Part shown: piece after piece, positions 23,536-36,749 of the stretch
How the letters are laid out: every line of letters starts with the position of its first letter
Position numbering within the stretch: position 1 is the stretch's first letter
Origin: Tubulanus polymorphus
Lineage: Eukaryota > Animalia > Nemertea
NCBI RefSeq assembly: GCF_964204645.1
Contig: NC_134034.1
Coordinates: 7,414,914 to 7,478,913, forward strand
Direction: 5' to 3'
Length of the DNA stretch: 64,000 nt
Translations under genes and position numbers: made by a program
The notes under the pieces: model-generated
Told to the model about the DNA's origin: nothing
The model's input: the letters and a program-made list of their open reading frames with translations, nothing else
The model's database searches: none

Positions 23536-26088
23536 TTGAGGCCTGGGCTTGGTTTTTTGGCCAAGAACCAAAAATCGTCGTCGGCAGGGAAGTCATGGAC
23601 GATACCGGCTTTAGCCTACCGGGTTTCGGATGATTAGCCAGATGGAGCTCTCTGCCCAGTCAGGGCGCTCAAAGCTTATTTAGCTCGCACCTTACCCTTT
23701 AGAAAGGGGAGGGAAAGGTTGTTTTTGTCTCTAATGGAGAATTCGGTCAGGGATATCTCTAGAGATGGATTGTGACCTTGATTAAAGAGGCTTTAAATAG
23801 GGAAGGAGCCCCAGAGTGCAGGGAGTAGTTTCGCATCAGGTCAGATCGCTTGCTTCTTCCTGGTCCGCCTTCACGGGCGCGTCTATTGATGCAATCTGTA
23901 AGGCGGCCTACTGGGGCTCTCCCTCTACGTTCTCGTCCTTCTATCTTCGTGACTTGTCAGGCCAGTTAGGGTCGTCAACAGCCATTTGTTGTGTAGTTAT
24001 GGCTCAAGGGGTTAGGCGTCCCCCTAAGCTGGTTGACTCGCGTATTCCTGCGGACCCCTTTTTACCGGGTCCAGGGGATTAGTGTTTTTCACTTGAAGGA
24101 TTTACCTGCGATTCAGGGAATCTCGTCCTTCAGTTCGCTTTATTTACTGTCTGGGTTTCACAGGGATGAAATTGGACATGTACTGTAATTACCAAGTAAT
24201 TTTTGTTTTTCTTGGGTATGCGATGTTGTGGTTCGGGTAGGACAGAGGGGACTACCCGTGTATTTTTATTAAGCCTTGGAGGGTCTCAACAGGGATCGGA
24301 TCGCATTCGTTCGGGTCGCTGTCTTTCAGCTCGGAAGGTAAGCATAGTTCTCCTTATTCTTGGAGGTCTGTGTTCGTTTTTTGGGTGTATTTGTTTTTCA
24401 ACTTGGCCGTCCCTCCTCCTAGTCCTCCTAGTCTGTGGGATTCTGGATAGTATGTTTTGCAGGGAATGTATATGAAGGGAATATTACAATTTTTAGCATG
24501 AAAATTTGTATTCCCGAGTATCTTACCTGCAAAACATACGTTTTAGTCCCCCCGCCTCCCAGCTCGTTGGGTTATATTACCCAAGAATTATATGAGCGTA
24601 CTTCCGGCTTTAGGATTCGCGCCAGTATGCGCGCCATGATTGCTTTTTCCACAGGTGCTATCTTTAAGTAACTTCAAGTTTAAAATAGGAAGCACAGTAC
24701 ATCCATAGAAACTACGCACAGAAAGAGACTGTTATATTATTACCATAGTTTAACATTTCGTTTCAAAGTTGTTAGTAGTCAAATCTAATAGAAGATGGTT
24801 TTTATGTGACGAAACTCAGTGGAAAATATGTTAAAATAATAATCAGCAGGAATCCAATAGGATTTCTGCCGAGGCAGCAGAAACCCTAATAACGTAATGA
24901 ATGCAGCTTTTATTAGGAAATTTGGCTAGGATAGAATCTAATCAGGAATAAATGTCCCTTTATCCAGAAAGTTCAGGGCATATGATATGATACTGACAAA
25001 CTTAAATACTGTGTGTCACTTGTTCGTGTTGAAGCGAATAAATCCAATCAAGCAATCCAATACGAAAATTTTATGTTATACGAATAGTAATTGATACGAG
25101 TCATGAATAAAAACGAAACCATACAAGTCTTTTCATCCGATATTCAAAGATATTAATATATATATATATTATCATTGGTCGATTCGAAGCTGTAAAATCC
25201 AGATTGAATACGTATTAAGTTATGAAATAGTTCGAACTGATATCACACACTATACAGTCAATAAATTAAATCCAGTGCACAGCGATATATCTAACTAGGG
25301 CTGATACAACTGTAAACGTTCTTTTTCCCCATTTTTCAGTCCTAAGACTTTTCCCTTAATAGTCCATATACTGGTAAATAGCTTCGTGTACTGATGAAGA
25401 AAACGGCTAATTGTCGAAATTACTGTTTGAAGACCGCGACTGAATGTGAAGGCTTGCGGCAATAAATGTGTTTATTTACACTTGAATTGATAATCGAAGT
25501 GAGGGCCAGCCTGCGGATGATTTCGGGATGACGACTCTAAAAAACATGTCACCTCATTGAATGGGGCTCAATTTTCGATGTTTACGGCCCGACAGCGCTT
25601 TTGTAACGTTGATTTATCAAAATTCCCATGCAGTATCAGTAGATCAAAGTGAGCTAAATGAAATAAAATGGATTGTATCGGAAACCGCGCTAAGGGAAGA
25701 AAGCCTTTGCAGTTTTGACGTCAAATGTCAAATAATAATAATAAACACCAGATATCAATAGGGTTTTCTGTGATGTAACAGAAAACCCTAAAAATATCCT
25801 GTACAATTTTTAGAGGTTCTGAGCAGTGTCCTCTGAGGTAAAATCTGAGCCTTGCTCATCTAGTTCTCTCGTCGATGGTACAAAATGTAAATTGAAATTT
25901 GGATAAGATGAAATTTCAATGGTGTAAATATGGCGGACGAGCAAACAGTCGAGGTGTGAGTACTCGTCGTTTCTAAGAATTTATCAAGTCTCTCGCCCTG
26001 CTCTACCACTGTGGATAACGTGAGTTTTTGAGTCTCCATCAGTAGTTATACTGTCCCGGTATAGGCGGGTGCGGTTGGTTGTGGTTAA

Positions 26089-26270
26089 CCGGAAGTGACG
26101 TAATCCAAGATGGCGACCGGAAGTGACGTAATCCAAGATGGCGGCCGGAAGTGATGTAATCCAAGATGGCGACCGGAAGTGACGTAATCCAAGATGGCGG
26201 ATCCAAGATGGCGGATCCATGATGGTGGCAGGAAGTAATGTCATCCAAGATGGCGGATCCAAGATAGCGG
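26089..26270. repeat. 28-bp tandem repeat CCGGAAGTGACGTAATCCAAGATGGCGA (4 full copies plus partials)
   Basis: Directly visible. Unit contains ETS-like CCGGAAGTG, CRE-like TGACGTAA and YY1-like CAAGATGGCG. Confidence 0.9.
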
Positions 26271-26426
26271 GAAAATTTAAAAAATACATCGGACGAGTTC
26301 GGGCAAAGCTATTTCGGATATGGGTCTGGGCAAGATTTTTGTAACAATAGAAACAACATCGCCACCTACAATCCATCGACAATAGACAGGTCATTTCATT
26401 TAGAGACGAGACACACAACGAGCAAC

Positions 26427-27257
26427 ATGTACTCTCCGGTTATCTCATCGTCACCTAACGAAAACAGTCTTCATATAACTTATGCACCTGTAAAACGACG
26501 TTATCAGCAACAAAATACGGATACATCAGTACCAAAGGAGAAGAAAAGTAAAAAGAATCTTGATATAGGTATGTATTTAACTCTCTCAGATTTTTTCAAC
26601 TTATATTCTCAATATCAATTCGGGTTAGTAATCTATCCTAAATCTTATCGTTTCAGGAGATACAGCAACACCGAATTCTCTGAATGATAACACTAGCAAA
26701 TCGGAAACGCAGTTTTATCTAGGAATGCTAGTTTATGTCAGTCCTACTACGTGGAACGATACGAAAAGAATTGAAATTCGACATTACGATTGTAGCGCAA
26801 AAGGATGGGCATATCCGACCAAAAATGGAATATCTCTATACATTCAAGAGTGGGTACATTTAAACTTTTGCAAAATGGAAATCGACAACGCAATCGATCG
26901 CGCTAAAGCTGGTGACTACGACTCTAGCGTATCCAGTTTAGGGAGAGATAATTACGTTAAAGTCTACAAATCTCGAGAGAGCCACCGCGTGTACGTTGAT
27001 ATACGATATTATCGTTTCGTCGATGACAAGGGTACCAGAGAAGCGACCAAAAAGGTGTTAAATTGTCTCTTGCGCAGTGGAATAATTTGAAAGATATTGA
27101 CTTAAGCGATATAATACCCCAACTCAAAACTACCAGACCATGTATATTCACTCTTTTTAATCGGGAAGACTTTTGCTGTTTCTGTGCTACTAGAGACATT
27201 AGTGTTTTCGAGAAGATACGTGAATGTCCCGAAGTAAACAATCCTTCTGATATCTGA
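26427..27257 (+). pseudogene. Spliced tandem PC4-domain (ssDNA-binding) gene
   Basis: IEIRHY...PTKNGISL...EW and YVDIRYY...ATKKGVKL...QW. GT-AG intron 26569-26656 joins exon 1 in frame; frameshift near 27055. Confidence 0.75.
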
Positions 27258-27599
27258 GTTACTTATTTTACATATTCGCATATTATTGTAATTACTTTGA
27301 AGAATAAACGAAAATGTCCTTTTTTATTAAATGATAACGAGCGTATTTTCTTTTACTCATGGGAGGAGTGCTCAAAAGGATCGAAGGCGGCAACGAGAAA
27401 AAAAACAACAAATTATTTTCATGGTTGAAATATCATATGTTCACGTTTTATTCTTCATAAAAGTTCTTATGAGAATATTTACACAAAGTCATAACAACAT
27501 TCACATGGAGATAGCAAAGTAACAACGGAAGCAACACATTTTCTTGGTAGAAATATGAAAATTATATGTTTTTTATTCCATGGAAACAATAAGCTATGA

Positions 27600-28150
27600 G
27601 AATATTTACAAGATAATTACAAACTCAGTTCTTTATTGCATCAAAAAAAGATAATTACAAACTCAATGGATTAGATTAATATATAAAATATAATGCTAAT
27701 ATTTCAGTTCTTTATTGCATCAAAAAAAGATAATTACAAACTCAATGGATTAGATTAATATATAAAATATAATACTAATATTTCAGTTCTTTATTGCATC
27801 AAAAAAAAAAGATAATTACAAACTAAATGGATTAGATTAATATATAAAATATAATACTAATATTTCAGTTCTTTATTGCATCAAAATAAGATAATTACAG
27901 AGTACATACATTACAATAATATCTGAAATAAAAATGCAATACTAATATATCAGTACTTTATTGTGTTAAAAACAGATAATGATACAAATAAATATCAATG
28001 TAATATCTGAAATAAAAATGCAATACTAATATTTCAGTTCTTTATTGCATTGAAAGATAACTACAAATTAGATACATTACAATAATATCGGAAATTAAAA
28101 TGCAATACTAATATTTCAGTACTTTATTGAGCCAAACAAAAATATTTACA
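27600..28150. repeat. ~70-bp AT-rich tandem repeat, about 8 diverging copies
   Basis: Recurring ATACTAATATTTCAGTTCTTTATTGCATCAAAAAAAGATAATTACAAA. Confidence 0.85.
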
Positions 28151-28549
28151 AATAAGTAACTACAAATTGACTAGATAGAACTCATGTCCCTAAATTGTAT
28201 GATGCCATTAGAAACGTAATAAACGGTACATTATCGGTCGCCTATATAATATTATTAAGCCTAATTAACTATAAGTATATCTCCCATCCCCCGCTCCGAT
28301 AGCTGACTGACAGTTCTATGCGTATTGAAAGATCGTTAGTAAATCATCGAAGCAAGCAAACAAGAGATGAAAAAATCATTTCGCGCAAACCCGTTTTGTT
28401 TAGTACTTCTGAGACCAATGTTACGAGGCAACTTTCCAGCTACCACTGTGCGCAAATAAACTGAGTTTACTGTCCAAGAGCCAAGACGGAGGTAAATTTC
28501 CAGCTTATCGCGGCAATGAAACTGAGTTTACTGTCGCAACATCAGAAAC

Positions 28550-29910
28550 TAGTAACCAAACGGTAATGTGTTATATCTATTACCCGGATCAAATGCCCTT
28601 TTTGTGTACACGGCGCGGTAGGTTTTGGTCTCATCCTTGTTATAAATTATCCCCTCCTTATATCTCGTTTAATTGTACCCGGATTATTTACTAAAAGCTT
28701 CTCACGGGTATCGTCGGTGATTAATTTAAGCATAGATTTGAAATTGACGACTTGACTATTTCTGTAATTCAGATTTATCCCCTTGACTTTGCATTCATAC
28801 GAATAACGGTTCGTCTCCGTATCAAGGACTTTAAAGCTGTAATTTTTAGGTCCCCCCGAAACAAATTCAGTTATGTAGCAATTACGACCGAGCTCGTCTG
28901 TCATGTCGCCTAAGAAGTTACCAGTTTCTGGTTCCCATTCACCAGGCTTTACGGAATAGATGATCGAATCAGTGTCCGTATAAAGGGTTCGATCCCCTAG
29001 CTTCTCCATGTATGTATACAGTATGAGTCGAGCGTGAGCAGTTGTAAAAGCAGCTATGGCAACGTTTGTTCGACTGTTTGGCTTGACAAACTCAGACTTT
29101 GTTTTGTAATGTACACGGAGTACATCATCGTTACAGATGATTATGTCCGAAATTTCAACCGTCGAATCGAGAATCAACTCGTAAAAGTCCGAAATGTATT
29201 TCGCCGAAGTTTTGTTACTATTCTGACCAAATTTCCCCCACATACTGTTCAGACATAATTTTGCGACTGTTCGCAGACCCGGAATTTTTTCAATCTTATC
29301 CCCATCTAATTGGATACCTTCCCGCGCCGCGTATTCCGCTATATAGTTTAGTCTTTCATCGTCGGACATATCGCCCGATGGCCACCCACTAGATTCCGTC
29401 TTAACTTTCAGAAATTTATCGATGTACGACTTAAATAGACCAGTTCGGTTATCGGACCAATGCCAAACTTCATGTAAAGAAACAATTTGATAACCCATAT
29501 CAAGGGCTTTGATTACTTCCAGGGTTACCCACTCGCCCGTCAATTGCCTCTCCCTGTCAGTATGTTGGCACGGCGCGTCCTGATTAATTTCATCCACACA
29601 CGTTCGGCAAAGTGGGAAAGTGAGTTTCCCACCGGACCTATATGGTAAGACCGGCAGGAATAATTTCCGCGGTGGAAGTACACACTTGACTAATCCGTAA
29701 TATTGCCGTATATCGCCGAAGTTTTCTGTTACAACAGTGGGATGGCCTATTGGATAGCTATATCATGAATTTACAAATGGATATAGCGAGCAAATGTCAA
29801 TGTATTTTATTCTCTGGTCCTCGGATACTTTATGATATAGTTTTATCGCATTTGTTCGGCCACCGTTAAAACATTCACGAGGTTCAAGTGGGGGCAATAT
29901 GTCCGACGAT
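28550..29910 (-). pseudogene. Family B pPolB C-terminal half
   Basis: GGRTNA, YIDICSLYP, KLCLNSMWGKFGQ, uninterrupted LYTDTDS, GPKNY, KVKGI, TLPFGY*. Confidence 0.9.
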
Positions 29911-31390
29911 TGTACAAATTGTACAAGGAAAGCGTTTAATCATAAGGAGGCACATCCGTGTTTCGATCACTGTCGGTTGTGTATCGGTGTTGGTTGTAAA
30001 GCGGTGAATTCGATACATTGCAATAGATGTAACATCTATTACAAGGGACAGGGGTGCTACGCCAATCATTTGAAAAGCTTGGCTAGCGGGATTTCGTTGT
30101 GCGACAGTCGAGCGAGGTGTAGGGCATGCGGTCAATTTGTAAAACGCGAAAAAATCGCCTCAGCCGACCACGACTGCGGTATTAAGTATTGCTCGGCGTG
30201 TCAAGAAAAACGACCCATAGGACACTTATGCTATATCGGTGTCAAGAAAAACGACACACACGTCGTTAATACCGAGGCGGGTGTCTTGATAAACCCGTAC
30301 CTCCAGGGAGGGAAAGAATTCGATGCTGAGTCATTGAAGGTAAAGAAATTCGTAGCGTTTGATTTTGAGACTACGACAACGGAAGATTCGATTCATAAGG
30401 TCATCTTTGGAATGGCACACCGTTGTTGCCAAGAGTGCAAGTTTTCGACTATAACGAGCGATTCAGAATGTGCCCATTGTGGTAAGAACGAATTCAAGTT
30501 CCAAAATGAAACGGAATTCTGTGAGTGGTTATTCAATGACCAAAATAGAGGGGCAACCGCATTCGCCCACAATTTTCAATCCTTCGACGGATATTTTATT
30601 TTGAAGTATTTACTAGACCAGGCAATTAGACCTGAGATTATTCCGAACGGCGGTAAAATCATGTATATGTACGTCCAGCAGCTGGATTTGAAAATATTGG
30701 ATACGCTTAATTATTTACCGATGAGACTAGCTAAAATACCTAGCACTCTAGGTTTACGCGAATTGAAAAAGGGGTACTTTCCCTACAAGTTTTGTACGGT
30801 AGAGAATTTGAATTACGTGGGTGCGTTGCCCGCTTTAGAAATGTACAATCCGGATGGACTCAGTAGTGGGGAGAGGGAGAAACTTGTTGCCTGGTACAAT
30901 TCTCAGAAAGGTACTGTGTTTAATATGCAGCAAGAGCTAACTGATTACTGTAGATCAGATGTGGACATTCTGATGAATGCTGTTGTACATTTCCAACAGC
31001 TCCTATTCGATCTATCGGGTATCGACCCGTTCCACTCATCCATCACGATAGCTTCAGCGTGTAATGAGGCCTTGAGAACCTGTTTTCTGGAACCAAATAC
31101 AATCGCTTTGCTACCACCCGGTGGTTATAGACCGAACGCTAATTTTTCAAAGATGGCCATCATCTGGTTGAGATGGGTTTCGGAAAAGCAGGGTATCAGG
31201 CTAAAGCACGCGCTGAACGGTGGTGAGGAGAGGATCGGTAAGTACTCGGTAGACGGATACGACGAGGCGACAAAAACGGTATACGAGTTTCACGGGTGCC
31301 TATTTCACGGGTGTCCCAAATGCTATAGTAATCCCCGTATCAAGTCTGCGATCAGACCGACCCTAACCATTGGAGAATTGTACCAGGCAA
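29911..31390 (+). pseudogene. Family B pPolB N-terminal half (Cys-rich, exonuclease, VSR-like insert), inverted
   Basis: FDFET, AHNFQSFDGYF, KGYFPY, YCRSDVDIL, VDGYD...YEFHGCLFHGCPKC. Confidence 0.9.
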
Positions 31391-32755
31391 CTGTTAAAGA
31401 TGCTTATCCTTTGCCCAGAATTGATGATTCTATCCGTTCGTTATCGGGTGCAAGGTAATTTTGTACCATGGACATAGCTTCAATTGCCAGAAGCTATCTG
31501 AAAAAACTTGTAGTGAGAAATGGACTCTATCAATGCAACAAAATGCCGTTTGGTCTATGTAATGCTGGAGCTACTTTCGAACGATTGATGGAGCAAGTTT
31601 TGGGTGGTTTGCAAAATGAAATCTGTTTAATATACTTAGACGACATGATAGTTTTTGGGAAGGATTTTGATTCAACTTTACATAATCTGCGACAAGTATT
31701 TTCAAGACTAAGACATGCTGGATTGAAGCTTAAACCGAAAAAGTGTCACTTTTTCAAACGTTCAGTACTATTTTTGGGACATATTGTGTCGGAGTCTGGA
31801 GTTTCCTGCAACCCGAGCAAGGTGGAGTCCGTAGCCAATTGGCCAGTTCCACAGTGGCAGATTGACGTTAGATCATTTCTTGGATTAGCTTCCTACTACA
31901 GACATTTCTGCGAAAATTTCGCTACTATCGCAAAACCGTTACATAGCCATACTGAGAAAGGCCATCTATTCGCTTGGGCTGATGAATGCCAAACGTCATT
32001 TTCTTCATTGAAGAGTATGCTTTCTTCAGCTCCGGACTTAGCTTATTTCACTCCAGGGTTGTCGATTATTCTAGATACAGACGCTTCTGGAGTCGGTTTA
32101 GGATGATTTTTATCCCAAACTTATGATGGTGTAAGAGAGTTGTCGCCTATGGTAGCCGTACCCTATCTAAACAAGAAAGAAATTATTGCGTGACCAGATG
32201 AGAATTATTAGCAGTAGTCACCTTTATAAAGCATTTTTGACATAACCTATTAGGATCGAAATTTCTACTTAGACCAGTCCACGGATCTTTGAGATGGCTC
32301 ATGTCGTTCAAAGATCCTGAGGGTCAGGTCGCACGCTGGCTCACGGTTTTGGCGGAATAAAATTTTGGTATACAACACCGTCCGGGAATAAATCACTTGA
32401 ACGCGGATGCTCTGTCCAGAGGGGAATGTGCACACTGTCTTTCTGCTTCGAAGAGAGGAGACTAAGCCGTATCTCCGTGTAACGTAGCATCTAGTAGTCC
32501 ACCCAATAGTGTTGGAATCTCTACTGCTCTGTCTAGCACAGGCCTAGTCACTATTTCTTGTCTCAATTTGGACGAATCTTTTCCTTGTTAGAGTATTGCT
32601 GAAGAACAAGAAAAGGACACCGAATTTTCATGGATAGAAGCAGCGCTGAAGAGTGGAAAACCATCGTGGCAGGATGTATCACATCGTGATGATAAAAGTA
32701 AATTTTATTGGTCAAGGTGGCAAGATTTAGAAGTTTCCAACAGCGTTTTATACAT
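31388..32755 (+). mobile_element. Ty3/Gypsy pol fragment (RT, RNase H)
   Basis: KDAYPLPRID, MPFGLCNAGATF, YLDD, LDTDASGVGLG; degenerate downstream. Confidence 0.9.
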
Positions 32756-32756
32756 C

Positions 32757-33575
32757 ATTAATAGAAAGTGATCACCATAATAAAATATATCTATGTAGAA
32801 AATGTTTACATAGATTCAGTAATGAAAGTACATTATTAAATCATAAACAATTATGTGAAAATCATGATTATTGTAAATTAGTTTTACCAAATGAAAAGGA
32901 TAAAATATTAGAATTCAAAAAATATGATTACAAAAATAAAGTACCATTTGTAATATATGGAGATTTTGAATCATTAAATAAATAATTAACTGATCAAGAT
33001 AGAAAAGAAATATATTATAAAAGAAAGAAATTAAATTCTAATGAAAATGATTTTCCAGAAGAACCACCAATAACAAATACTATTAAAAAGATTCATCAAT
33101 CAGCTGCAGCTTTCGGGTTATATATTAAATCTGATTATCCAGAACTAATTGAAAGTGAATATTATCATTATAGAAATGAAAATGTTATCAATCATTTTTG
33201 TGACTTATTAATTGAATATGAAATAAGATTTAGTAAATTATTGAATACAAATATAGAAATAATTATGACAGAAGAAGATAAAGAAGAATTTGTGTTTACA
33301 GGTAAATGTTATCATTGTGAAAAGATATTTAATTATAAAGATAAAAAAGTAAGAGACCATGATCATTTGAACGGAAAGTTTAGAGGCGCTGCACATGAGA
33401 ATTGTAACTTACAAGCTAAGAAAATTAACTTTGTACCAGTTATATTTCATAATCTATCAGGATATGATGCACATTTATTCATCAAACGGTTATGCCATAA
33501 AATAGAAGAAATTAATAATGAAATAGAAAGAATAAATTCAAATAGATCTAAAGATAAAATACATAGTGAAATGTT
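32757..33575 (+). pseudogene. Family A pPolB N-terminal fragment with Endonuclease VII-like insert
   Basis: CRKC...H...C finger, IYGDFES, VRDHDHLNGKFRGAAHENCNL, FHNLSGYDAH. Confidence 0.88.
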
Positions 33576-33582
33576 AATCTAA

Positions 33583-33973
33583 TAGTGAAAAACATAAATT
33601 TATGGTAAAAAAACCTATAGCTAAACTGTTAGGAATTCTTCCAGATAGATCTTTAAAAAATATTGATGCTGTTACACCAAACTTAATACCTTACACACAT
33701 TTTTATATTTATTGCAATTTAATCGATCCTACAAAAACATTCGAAGCAACTAAAGATATAACTTGTAATTCTGGTTTACTAAACATTTTACCATTGAAGA
33801 ATGTTAAAGAATTTGGAACGCAAATAAATTATAATTTAACAGAATGTGATTTCAAACCATGCATTCCTCGTTTTAATAATTTTAGATTAGAAATTAGAAA
33901 TCATAATGGGCACTTAATTGATTTAAATAATTTCCCTGTAATTTATGAATTAGTTATAAGATGTAGAGAGTAA
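33583..33973 (+). pseudogene. Minor capsid C-terminal fragment
   Basis: Matches 3600-3984. Confidence 0.75.
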
Positions 33974-33990
33974 TTTTTTTCACTATATAA

Positions 33991-34467
33991 ATGAATATAA
34001 CTGTTGGACCGAGTATATGTTTTGGGTTTGATTTTAAACATGGTAAAGAAATGAGAATTAAACTAAATGATGTAATTACTGATATAAAAAGTAAATCATT
34101 TAACAATGCAACAATGATTAATAAAGAAAATTATAATATAGAAAAAGTAATTGATTTAATTAAATCGCCTTTAGAATATGAATTAAATGAAGATGGAATT
34201 ATTGATGATATTAAAAACATATTAACCAAAATATATGATAATCATAAAAGTAGTAATAAGTGGATAATAACTGGATTATATAATGGCGCATTACTATCAG
34301 TTGGAACTGTTGGTTATTCAATGGTATTAAAAAAAGTATTCAAAATGGGAAGTGTTAATGTTGATAGATTTGATATAAATGATATTTTAAAATTAACATT
34401 AGCAGTTACTTTATCTAATTTAACTATTGATTATTTAGAAAAACAAAAATATATTCCTCCCATATAA
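33991..34467 (+). pseudogene. Deletion-fused pair of small family A ORFs
   Basis: N-terminal half is like 4001-4357; C-terminal half matches 4358-4579. Confidence 0.7.
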
Positions 34468-34491
34468 ATGCATAATTATTTTACTAAATAA

Positions 34492-34914
34492 ATGGCTTCT
34501 GCAGTTATAACTATTATAGGATCGGCAATTGTTAACGCTTTAGCATTTACTGGTGGTGGTTATTTATTCAAGCATATTGATAAAAATAGTTCATTAACAG
34601 AACAAAAAAGACATAACTTAGCATTAGAGAAATATAATAAAGCAGCAGAAGAATATAGAGAAAAGAGGCAAAACTATATGGATTATATTAACAAAGAATT
34701 ATATGATCAGAAGATTTCACATAGAGATTTTCAATCAGTTGATGATGCAATGAGTTTATATAACGCGGTAACAAATAAAGAAAAATTACATCTACATAAA
34801 CCTACAATATCAGATTATTATACCCCAAGTAATGAACAGAAGAAATATGAAATAATATGGATTTTAGGTGGAACAGTTATTGTTATATTTGTAGCATATA
34901 AATTTACTAATTAG
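34492..34914 (+). CDS. Small two-TM protein (intact)
   Basis: 140 aa, TAAATG start, conserved in four copies. Confidence 0.8.
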   Translation: MASAVITIIGSAIVNALAFTGGGYLFKHIDKNSSLTEQKRHNLALEKYNKAAEEYREKRQNYMDYINKELYDQKISHRDFQSVDDAMSLYNAVTNKEKLHLHKPTISDYYTPSNEQKKYEIIWILGGTVIVIFVAYKFTN

Positions 34915-35385
34915 TAATTTTTTTTGTTAAATAAATGGAAGATAAAGTTGATAATATTGATATTATTCCTCATGATATCAGTAAAACTAAATTAAAAATA
35001 TATTTAGAAAAACAAATATTAGAATTTTAAAATGATTTAAAAGTTAAAAAGAAAAAATATTTAAAATCTAAAATTATATATTATCTTATTATAAGTGGTT
35101 CGGTTACAATTAGTTCTGTAATAACATTTCTAGCAATATTCAGTCCATTAACACCTTTAGCTATATCAATTGGTGTATTAGGATTAAGTTCAAGTGTTTT
35201 AACCGGTATAAGTTCAAAATTAAATATAAAAAGTAATAAAGAAAAAATTAAAACTAATATAAAAGAAATTAATAAATTAAAGAATACACTAGATTATATA
35301 ATAAGTTTAAATGGCCATATAACAGTTGAAGAACAAGATAAATTATTAAAAGAATTAATAAATTATTAATTTTTTAATTATATAA

Positions 35386-36733
35386 ATGGCAGATAGTTTT
35401 CCAAAAGCTTTCCAATATAATAAATCAATTAAATATAATATTCCAGCAATAGATTTTAATAAAGATATTACAAATAGAAATGAAGTTTTAGATTCATTAA
35501 TTGATTTATATATTTATGTTACTGAAAGTAATAATTTTCATGTAAAGATGGAAAATATATTTCATGTGTATACAATTAATTTCAAAAATTTAAATGAGGC
35601 AAAACAATGGTTATTAAAATCTATGGTTATTAAAATATGAATTATTGGCAGAACCAATTAAATTTTGCTGTTTATTGTGCAACAACAGGATGTGGAATTA
35701 GTTGGAATGATCATTTAAACAAACCAAGTTTACCATTGATGTTATCACTTTACAGATTTTCAGATTTCATACATATTTTCAAATAAAATTAATATTAGAT
35801 GAATTAGAATGTCCTTTACCAGGTTCAAAATATCTTAAAGAATTGAATAATAATATTAATTTTTAAAGTTAAAGTTTTATAGAATATGTAATGAATTTAA
35901 TATTAATTCAAATAAAGACTTTAGAGCAAAAATTGGAAAAATGGGTGGATTAGGAATATTATATACTAAAGAATTTGGAAAAATAATGACAAATTCAGAT
36001 ATAAGAACACTAAATTGGAATGAATTACCAAAATATTATAATAATATACAACAACAAAATAATAATGGTTGGGTTAATTTCATTTTAAAAAATAGTGAAG
36101 GTTTTACTAAAGCTGGAATACAAAGAGTAAATCAATCTATTAGAACTTATTTGATATGTATTCTAGGTGCGCAAGTTGAAACAAGATCCCCAATAGTTGG
36201 AAATGATAACACTTCATTCGATGCGCAGAAACAATTCAAAGTATTATTTGAAGATTCAATTCATAATGATAAAAATAGATCGATTCCAGAAAACATTGTA
36301 AGATATCAAAATTATTTAGATAAATCACATATTAGAATAAATTATTGTATAGGCCCTAATCTATTAATTATTTCTAATGATTTAGTATTAAAGATGGGAA
36401 ATATAATTGGTTATAATAATCTAATTAAAACAGCAACAATAAATAATTAATTTGGATTAAATGATATAAATAAAAAGATTATTACTGCTCCAAAATTAAT
36501 GGAAGGTGAAAAAAATAAAAAACATTCAATCAACAGAAACTAAAACTAATAATATTAAATTAAATAATGATTCTAAAATAAAAGATTACAATACATCAGA
36601 AAATATAAAAACTGATAATATTCAACATGAAATAATTAAACTAAATGATGATAATAAATCCCATGAAAATGCTAAATTAGCTATAACTTGTATAGGAATT
36701 GTAATCGGAGGAATATTATATTTTAAATTTTAA
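35386..36733 (+). pseudogene. Homolog of 5494-6879, alternative central allele
   Basis: Several frameshifts; central MGGLGILYTKEFG variant. Confidence 0.75.
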
Positions 36734-36749
36734 TTTTTTTATTATGTAA

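Larger units (their letters stand above)
16985..24600 (+). mobile_element. DIRS-type tyrosine recombinase retrotransposon (RT, RNase H, methyltransferase, YR), degenerate and interrupted
   Basis: RT IDLKDAYFQ, LPFGLSSAP, YLDDW; RNase H LYTDAS, INYLEL, TDN, NVVADALSR; MT DLFA...YAFPP; YR RRSEL and HQVRSLASS; terminal inverted segments 24450-24463 / 24526-24539. Confidence 0.92.
26041..31390. mobile_element. Maverick/Polinton family B fragment
   Basis: AGTAGT terminus at 26041, subterminal repeats, PC4-like gene, VSR-type pPolB. Confidence 0.85.

Noticed and set aside
25391-25425. Additional hammerhead (CTGATGA...GAAA)
   Set aside because: Helix II and helix I pairing are poor.
26089-26270. 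CRISPR-like array
   Set aside because: Head-to-tail repeats with no unique spacers and no cas genes; it is a Maverick subterminal repeat. The same applies to 27600-28150 and 39890-40037.
29899-31458. Functional pPolB-reverse transcriptase fusion protein
   Set aside because: Only ~22 RT residues precede a stop, and the polymerase domain is on the opposite strand.
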